DNA of 64,000 nucleotides, taken from NCBI GenBank assembly GCA_000091205.1, contig AP006492.2; one strand, 5' to 3'. The stretch's first letter is position 1. Each line of letters opens with the position of its first letter. Shown here in pieces: positions 57,310-64,000 of this stretch. Source of the DNA: Cyanidioschyzon merolae. Lineage: Eukaryota. A model generated the notes under the pieces. The model was not told the origin of the DNA, did no database searches, and saw only the letters and a program-made list of their open reading frames with translations. Made by a program: the position numbers and the translations under genes.

Positions 57310-59013
57310 ATGTTTCAGCGAGCACTAGCCGCAGCAGCGGCGATGGCAACTTTGGTGTTTCTACGTGACCTAGGCCTGGTGCTTGCTCCAGTGTGGGCTG
57401 CAGTGAGCACCAGTACGCTGCCGCTGGTTGCTTCTAATAACTTGGTGCTGGAGTTCCCGGCACGTTCGGCACTTGCGGCATCGCAGCTGCCGTATCACGA
57501 GTTGCGAAAAAAGGCTCTAGCATGGGTTTTGCTCTTCGCGTCGTCGTCGGCACTGGCTGCGGCGGAGACCGCAATCACTGCACTCTATCCGTGGAAGGTT
57601 CGCGACCTTGCCGAGTCTGAAGGCAGCAACTCGCCATTCGGACGCCTAAACCAAGATATCACTCGGTATCTGACGACGATTCTCGTTGCAAGCACGATCT
57701 GCGGCGTGTATTCGACTGCGCTCGCCACCGAAATGGCAACACGCATCTTCGGATCCGTCGGGGTTGGCTATGCCACAGGTGTGATGACGGTGGTGTTTCT
57801 GTTTTTTGGTGAAATCCTACCGAAAACATTAGCAGTGCATAACAGCGAAAAAGTAGCGCGCTTTATGCTGCGTCCGCTGCATCTGCTCTCGCTGCTCCTT
57901 TACCCTGTTGGAAAAGCGTTCTCCTTTCTTGTGAATCTGACGCTAACAGCATCAGGTCTAGAGCACTCGTCAGAACCGCTGGTCTCAGAGAATGAGCTGC
58001 GTCTGATCACCGCTGGTGCCCGCCGCTCGGGCGGAATCAACATTCACGAGCAGGACATGATCGAATCAGTCCTTGATTTGGAAGAGACCGAAGTGCGCGA
58101 AATCATGAAGCCGCGCGTCGAAATGACCTGTATCAGTTGCGAAAGTACGCTTGAAGAGTTCCTTGCGCTCGAGAAAACAACACACTACTCTCGATATCCC
58201 GTCTTTAAGGAGAATGTCGACGACATCATCGGGATTCTGTATGTGAAGCGCTTACTGGAGTTTCTCGGCAGCGAGGACGGTCACTTGCGCAACACCCGCA
58301 TTGGCAGACTTGCAGAACCAGCGATGTTTGTTCCGGAGAGCCTTCCGGTTTGGCGAGTTCTGGAAGAGATGCGCCGCAAACGCATCCATATGGCAATCGT
58401 TGTTGACGAGTACGGTGGCACCGCCGGCCTCGTGACACTGGAGGATATCATGGAGGAGATCGTCGGTGAGATTTACGACGAGGACGACAGCGACTACGAA
58501 GAGGAGGGTCAAGAGATCGTGCGCATCGACGAGAACACCTGGGTCATGGATGGCCAAGCGCGACTCGAACGCGTTGCGGAGACCATAGGTATGGAAGTGT
58601 CGGAAGACGACCTCCACGAGTATGGTACCATTGGCGGCTTTCTCTGTGATCGTATGGACGGCATACCGGATCCTGGGGATAGCGCCGTCATCGATGCTTT
58701 TCAGTTCTCCGTCGATGATGCTGACGATCGACGTATTCTACGAGTACGTGCTCGCCGTTTCACCGCAGCTCCAACGCAGACAGACGCACCCGATGTGGAG
58801 GATCCCGTCCAAACGGACATAGCTTCGAAAAGCGATCGCGCTCATCGGATGTCGACTGAGCAAGACGGTAGCGCGTCCTCGAATCGTTCGGATGGTCTCT
58901 CGGCGGACGCGGCGGGTCTAGACCCAGGAACAAAAACGAATCTGCAAGGGAATTCGTTGCGAAAGCTGCTTCCTTCGACCTCAACACGCACTGAGGCTCA
59001 AGCCAATTCCTGA
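57310..59013 (+). CDS. DUF21-CBS-CorC_HlyC (CNNM/TlyC-family) membrane protein
   Basis: DUF21 TM region (..ETAITALYPWKV..GEILPKTLAVHNSEKVA..), a CBS pair (..VREIMKPRVEMTCIS..IHMAIVVDEYGGTAGLVTLEDIMEEIVGEIYDEDD..) and a CorC/HlyC transporter-associated domain (..VRIDENTWVMDGQARLERV..). The ORF-track ORF starts at 56356 but runs through a GC-rich repeat; the ATG at 57310 (MFQRALAAAA..) is the plausible start. Confidence 0.8.
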   Translation: MFQRALAAAAAMATLVFLRDLGLVLAPVWAAVSTSTLPLVASNNLVLEFPARSALAASQLPYHELRKKALAWVLLFASSSALAAAETAITALYPWKVRDLAESEGSNSPFGRLNQDITRYLTTILVASTICGVYSTALATEMATRIFGSVGVGYATGVMTVVFLFFGEILPKTLAVHNSEKVARFMLRPLHLLSLLLYPVGKAFSFLVNLTLTASGLEHSSEPLVSENELRLITAGARRSGGINIHEQDMIESVLDLEETEVREIMKPRVEMTCISCESTLEEFLALEKTTHYSRYPVFKENVDDIIGILYVKRLLEFLGSEDGHLRNTRIGRLAEPAMFVPESLPVWRVLEEMRRKRIHMAIVVDEYGGTAGLVTLEDIMEEIVGEIYDEDDSDYEEEGQEIVRIDENTWVMDGQARLERVAETIGMEVSEDDLHEYGTIGGFLCDRMDGIPDPGDSAVIDAFQFSVDDADDRRILRVRARRFTAAPTQTDAPDVEDPVQTDIASKSDRAHRMSTEQDGSASSNRSDGLSADAAGLDPGTKTNLQGNSLRKLLPSTSTRTEAQANS

Positions 59014-59481
59014 TCGCTGCTCGTTTAGTTATCACCTGCCTTTGAAATCGTTGCATTCGGCGGCATGGTGGCATAGACGCCCCCGGGTGTCATTCGCCCT
59101 GATGAATCAGTGTTTGCGAGCGCGAAACGGACACTTTCCATTGAATGGTCGCGAGACCGAACAGGGACGTTGCTCTTGTTGTTGTTGACGCTGCGATGCA
59201 TGATTGCCTATAGGCTATGGAGATCCGGTCCATCCAGGGATGCTTTCGATACACTGAAGACAAGTCGCGTCCATCGCGCGATATCGAGACGAGTACACGG
59301 AGCATGTGTCCCGGCGACGACACATTGGCGGCATGACGGGCGTGCGGCTTCAGTCTCATGAGGCACTTGGTTTCTCGTTCGTGGTGGTTGGTGCTGGCGG
59401 GCATGGAGATGCTCGCCTACGGACGCGGAGCGCCGATGCAACCCCAAAACATCACGGGTACATGCTGGGTCGCATAGAAAC

Positions 59482-59484
<3 letters not shown>

Positions 59485-59523
<39 letters not shown>
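59485..59523. repeat. (CAG)11(CAA)3 trinucleotide microsatellite, intergenic
   Basis: Read directly from the sequence. The surrounding polyQ ORF 59306-59656 has no other coding signal. Confidence 0.85.
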
Positions 59524-59524
<1 letters not shown>

Positions 59525-60472
59525 CGTCCGTACGCCGCGTTTCTTTCGATTATGCGCGACAGAACCTCGAATGTTGTCGATAGATCGCGCATGTGCATCG
59601 ACCAAGTCATTGGATACCTTCGGGTCCGTTTTACTGGTTTTTATTGTTGCCGTTAGATGTCCCAGCGTATGCCTTTTCGTGTGCTCTGTTCACCCTAATA
59701 TGATCGCCCATAGTTGCCGGCTATTCCCTCAGTGTACGCGCTTCAGGGGCAATCCCTTCTCTGTAACCGCCGGGCGACATGCTTGTATGCGTCGGCGTTA
59801 CATCTTACTTCTTCGAAACGAACGTGAGTTCCTGGGTAAGCAACCATACGTCATTGATGCGAAGAGTTGGATACTGGCCTGTTCATCGGCGAGGCTTTCT
59901 GCACATGCGCGTCGGCGCGGTTTTCGGGTCACACCCGGCTACGCCTGCCCGCTACTGCGCATCGTTCCAAACTGCAGCGCACTTGTCGCTAGGGAGCAAA
60001 CTCTGCGGTGTGGCCTTTGCGCCAGTTGAGTGAGCCAACGCTCCCGAGCGTCCTCGAATCTATTCGGCAGTAGTATAGCGTGAATCTTGACTGACTCTGC
60101 GTGATGTCGCGATTCCCTCCAAACCGGTTAAACAGACCTATTCCGGATGCAACAGAACAGATCACGGTGGCAGGAACTTGCTGCAAGCCGCTTGGACGCT
60201 CGCTCTCGTATAGACTGTTTCTTGCTCACGGATTGAATAAAGCGCAAAGGTTCATTACTTCGACGTCATTATCACCTTAGTAATTGAAACAGTCGCTGTA
60301 GCAGGGACTTGATGCAAGCCGCTCGAACGCTTGCTATCATACAGATAGTTCCTTGCTGGCGGCGATAGCAAACCAGACGTTACCAGCAGCAAATGACGAC
60401 CATTTGTGTACCGGTCTCAGCGTTGTTCCAGGTGCTGCTCGTTATCCAAAGCAGTCCCTGAGCGCTGTTTTC

Positions 60473-62179
60473 ATGAAAGAGAAACGCTTTGCGCTTGCTT
60501 TGGATCAGGGTACAACCTCCACAAGGGCTATTTTGTTTGACTTGGAGGAGAGCGTTGTGATCGCTTCCCATCAACTGGGCCACCGGCAGTACTTTCCGCG
60601 AGCCGGCTGGGTGGAACACGACCCATTTGAGATTCTTGGCAATGCTCGTCGCTGTTTGGTTGCAGTCTGCCAACAGGCGGAACAGAAAGGCATAAAGCCT
60701 GCCGACATTGCTTGTCTGGGACTCACCAACCAGCGAGAAACCGTCGTAGCCTGGGACCGGCGAACCGGTGAGCCTCTACACCCGGCTATTGTCTGGCAGG
60801 ATACTCGGACTCGCGAGCATTGTGCAGCGCTCGCTGCAGCGAATGACACAGCAGCTTCCGTCAGCGGCGGTGTTGGTAGCATCAGCGCCAGCACCAGTAC
60901 CAGCGGCAGCGGCAAGTCGAGACAACTGCACCAGAGCAGGTCAGTGGGGCGTAGCAAACGCCATCGAAGGGAGCTGGGCACGGAGCCACAGCAGGCTTTT
61001 GATCGTTTTCGAGAGCTCACTGGCTTACCCATATCCACTTACTTCTCGGGAACGAAATACAGGTGGCTTATCGAGAATGTACCTGCAGTTCAAAAGGGTG
61101 TTGAGGACGGTACGGTGCTGCTGGGTACCATCGACTCGTGGTTAGCCTACCATTTAACCGAGGAACGTGTACACGTTACCGATGTGACCAATGCCTCGCG
61201 CTCTCTGTTGATGGAGCTCCGCACCCAGCACTGGAGCAACGAGTTACTGGACATTTTCGGGGTGCCGCGGGAAGCACTTCCGGTGATTCGCTCCAGCGCC
61301 GAGCGCTACGGCACCCTGACGAGCACCGAGAGTGCACTCGATGGCCAGGTACCGCTGGCAGGTATCCTGGGTGATCAGCACGCTGCCATGCTAGGTCAGG
61401 CGTGTCTACGTGCCGATGATGTCAAGTGTACGTACGGCACTGGTTGTTTCGTGATGCTGCACACCGGCGAGAGGCCGATTCCCAGCCGCCACGGCCTCTT
61501 GACGGTACCCGCGTATCAGTTGGGACGCGACCAGCCGGTTCAGTATGCCCTGGAGGGCTCTGTGGCCATAGCCGGGGCCGGACTCCAGTGGCTCCAAGAG
61601 CAGTTGGGTGTCATTCGTGACATCCAGGAAGCGGAAAAGTTGGCGTCTTCGGTTTCCGATACTGGCGATGTCTATCTGGTGCCAGCTTTTAATGGATTAT
61701 TCGCACCGCGATGGCGTCCCGATGCTCGCGGAGTCCTCGTCGGTATGACCCAGTTTACGAACCGGGCGCATATTGCTCGAGCAATGTTAGAGCAAGTTTG
61801 TTTTCAGACAACAGAGGTGCTCGAAGCAGCGCTAGCGGATCTCGGACAGAGCACTGCTGCGATCCAGATGCTCCGGGTGGACGGCGGAATGACGGCGAAT
61901 CAACTGCTGCTCCAGCTGCAGGCCGACCTTTTGGGTGTGCCTGTCGTGCGTCCCCAGATCGCCGAAGCAACTGCCTTGGGTGCAGCGGCGGCTGCAGCGC
62001 TCGCAACCGGCCTCCTGGATCGAGTGGACCAGGTGCGGAAGCTCTGGCGTGAGGAGCTCGTACTCACTCCTGGTATCGACGATGCAGAGCGAGCACGTCG
62101 ACACCGTCGTTGGAACGATGCCGTTGAACGATCGCTCGGGTGGGTGTCCGTGGACACGCAGCCTTCGTTGCTGGGGTAG
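60473..62179 (+). CDS. glpK: glycerol kinase
   Basis: FGGY-family glycerol kinase motifs throughout (..ALDQGTTSTRAILFD..LGLTNQRETVVAWD..YFSGTKYRWLIENV..LLGTIDSWLAYHLT..KCTYGTGCFVMLHTG..LEGSVAIAGAGLQWL..LRVDGGMTANQLLLQLQADLLG..). A ~50-aa low-complexity insertion follows the VWQDTRT motif. The ATG at 60473 (MKEKRFALA) is the likely start. Confidence 0.9.
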   Translation: MKEKRFALALDQGTTSTRAILFDLEESVVIASHQLGHRQYFPRAGWVEHDPFEILGNARRCLVAVCQQAEQKGIKPADIACLGLTNQRETVVAWDRRTGEPLHPAIVWQDTRTREHCAALAAANDTAASVSGGVGSISASTSTSGSGKSRQLHQSRSVGRSKRHRRELGTEPQQAFDRFRELTGLPISTYFSGTKYRWLIENVPAVQKGVEDGTVLLGTIDSWLAYHLTEERVHVTDVTNASRSLLMELRTQHWSNELLDIFGVPREALPVIRSSAERYGTLTSTESALDGQVPLAGILGDQHAAMLGQACLRADDVKCTYGTGCFVMLHTGERPIPSRHGLLTVPAYQLGRDQPVQYALEGSVAIAGAGLQWLQEQLGVIRDIQEAEKLASSVSDTGDVYLVPAFNGLFAPRWRPDARGVLVGMTQFTNRAHIARAMLEQVCFQTTEVLEAALADLGQSTAAIQMLRVDGGMTANQLLLQLQADLLGVPVVRPQIAEATALGAAAAAALATGLLDRVDQVRKLWREELVLTPGIDDAERARRHRRWNDAVERSLGWVSVDTQPSLLG

Positions 62180-63714
62180 CACCACAGGGGCGTCATGCTC
62201 CAGGTAAGCTGTCCACGGAACGCAGACTGCGCATCGTGTCGATGGAATCGATGCCGTGGACGCGTGCATTTCGAGCTATCAAGTGGGTACGGGGCATGCT
62301 TATCTGCATGCGACGCAGATCGTGTCGCTGAGAGTGCCTGCGCTGCGCCCCAGACGAAGGGAGAAACTCGGATGCATGGGGGCTCTCGAGCAACTAGAAG
62401 CACAGAGAAGCAACCTCGATGGATGGGTGGCATGCCGAATAGGTATGTTTCGAAGCTACTACTGCCCCCAGTACTGGCACGGCTGTTGGTATGGCCATGC
62501 TAGCCGTCCATGTAAGCAGATGGCGGAGTGCGTCTCCGATTCGTTGCAATGCGGACTCCGTACATTCAGTATTGGAGCTTTGCAGGTGTTTCCCTCATTG
62601 CTTCTGAATGATTGCGCCAGGCTTCTCTACACCCCGCCTTGTTCGAAACAATGCATCGATTTCATGCTGGATTGGCGTCCTATCCTCGAGCTCTCGTAGA
62701 AAAAGACGCTGACGAGTGCGTCCATATCCGGGAGGTATCGGAATTCTTAGGTGATTATCGCGCGTATTCGTACGCAGTGCAACAGTCTTTCACAATGATG
62801 CACGTGTTGTGATCGATCTATGAACAGGGATTGTGGCAGACTCGAAACGCAGGCGTCAACGAGCGCTCCCGTGTGGGTGGCGGGCGAGGATGGTACCAGC
62901 ACCTGCAGCCGCAGCACCCGATGCGGATGCTGTAGCGAGCGTGGATAGACCTGGACGACAAAGTGCGTTTCGTATGCGGCAGAGCGGCACGAATGTGCCG
63001 GCAACGGTACCCGCAAAGATGATGATTGCTACGAAATCTGCTCCGCCTGCTGGGTACCAGTCCAGTGCGGGAGCGTGTCTGGACCAGCAGGTGCTCCGAG
63101 GTAGAATCAAAAGCGTTGCTTTGCGTGGACATGCAGACATGCACTGTCTCCTTCATATAAACGGACCTAAGTTCACACGTTCGTTGGCACACCTATCACA
63201 ATAGACGAGTCTCAGAGTAGGACAAGTGCTCGTTCGGTTTATGGTTCAGGAGCACCGCTACGCTGGACTCGTCACCCTGCATCGGGCACATCGTCCGCTG
63301 CCAACGGTTGGACTCGAAACCCAACGTGACACACGTCGGCATCGTGCTGTTCTAAAGGAACCGCACCGACTAATCACACGTTTTTCTTATCGGCTCCTAG
63401 AGAATGCTGTTAGGGCGCGTTCCGGCTCGAGAGCGAGACTGGCGATTCGTTCCCGGGATCATGTCAAATAAGACTTGGTCTCTGGATGGATCTTTATGAC
63501 ACAATCATCGTCTCGTTCAGGATCTCGTCGAATGCATCGGACGCATCACTTGTCGGCCGATTTCCCAGAGAGCGCGCACATGCAAACGCAAACTTCTTTT
63601 CAGACCGGTCAAGTGAAAAAGAATATGCCTCCAAGTACCTCGACTGACTCAGTCAACAAACGAGTTACGCGTGAAGCACCAGAACGGTGCAAGGCCGCGC
63701 AGATAAGGCACCCG

Positions 63715-64000
63715 TTAGCGCTGCGTCCTTGGTAACAACGCTGAATAGTGATTCGTTCCGTTGTAAGCGACTCGAACGGGTTCCAGATCCTGCTGTCTTT
63801 TGCGATAGACTGAGCCGTACTCGACGATTTTGAGCAGCGTCCGGTTTTGCGGGTGTACCAGATACACCTCAATGGGTCTCTCGAGGACGTCCGCCAAGGC
63901 GAACATCTCGGGTTCTCCAGCGTAGAACTCTGGAGAGCGCAACTGTGCGCAGTAAGCGCCCATGTCACCCTCTACGACGTGCTTCTTCTGGAACTCCTGC
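63715..64000 (-). CDS. OTU-domain cysteine protease, C-terminal part (gene continues beyond window end)
   Basis: ..EPEMFALADVLERPIEVYLV..VRVAYNGTNHYSALLP.. matches the OTU C-terminal region, including the catalytic His in the NGxHY motif. The frame is open to the window edge. Confidence 0.5.
   Translation of the reverse strand, partial: QEFQKKHVVEGDMGAYCAQLRSPEFYAGEPEMFALADVLERPIEVYLVHPQNRTLLKIVEYGSVYRKRQQDLEPVRVAYNGTNHYSALLPRTQR

Noticed and set aside
59306-59656. ORF encoding a polyglutamine protein
   Set aside because: The ORF exists only because of a (CAG)11(CAA)3 microsatellite and has no other protein-like features. It is intergenic between the DUF21-CBS and glycerol kinase genes.
1-64000. 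Reading the window as a bacterial/accessory-island sequence with TnpB insertion sequences
   Set aside because: The gene content is eukaryotic (EB1, CNOT9/Rcd1, ArfGAP, CCDC25, TRM112, SDHAF2, G-patch) and organelle-targeting N-terminal extensions are present. Long non-coding intervals and microsatellites occur, and there is no operon-like packing, so a eukaryotic nuclear origin is far more consistent.

Overview
This is a GC-rich (~55-58%), gene-dense window of about one gene per 3 kb that looks eukaryotic and nuclear, not bacterial. About 20 host genes are read as single uninterrupted ORFs, and several have eukaryote-only functions (EB1, CNOT9/Rcd1, ArfGAP, CCDC25, TRM112, SDHAF2). Others are plastid- or mitochondrion-targeted proteins with N-terminal extensions (IspH/LytB, ChlP geranylgeranyl reductase, a pentapeptide-repeat protein, HslV, a DUF21-CBS protein, DGAT2, glycerol kinase). 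This fits a compact, intron-poor algal-type genome, possibly cyanidiophyte-like, but I cannot identify the organism from sequence alone.

The most striking content is a family of TnpB/Fanzor-like (OMEGA-family RuvC nuclease) sequences, with at least five copies in 64 kb:
- Two near-identical ~2.45-kb elements on the minus strand (about 1425-3888 and 22345-24788). Each encodes RuvC-I, RuvC-II and RuvC-III motifs, but the coding sequence is split over 3-4 reading frames in exactly the same way in both copies.
- A 3'-terminal fragment on the plus strand (about 34500-34885).
- Two diverged ~1.35-kb chimeric elements (about 17090-18440 and 49855-51210). They keep only the Fanzor 3' module (Zn-finger through RuvC-III, with a conserved tail) fused to an unrelated ~1-kb sequence.

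The 3' module, including a conserved GGCGGCCGGTCCAAAAAG-like core and a perfect terminal hairpin in copy 1, is conserved at the nucleotide level across all copies. That makes it a candidate omega-RNA (guide RNA) scaffold region.

Other repeat families are a 1.28-kb unit in two near-identical copies plus one diverged partial copy, encoding a ~129-aa basic protein; a ~650-bp paralogous unit (X) present twice; an 82-bp tandem duplication; and several microsatellites.

Repeat boundaries and identities were estimated by eye and are approximate to roughly 10-30 bp; coordinates taken from the ORF track are exact. I found no rRNA, tRNA or CRISPR features.
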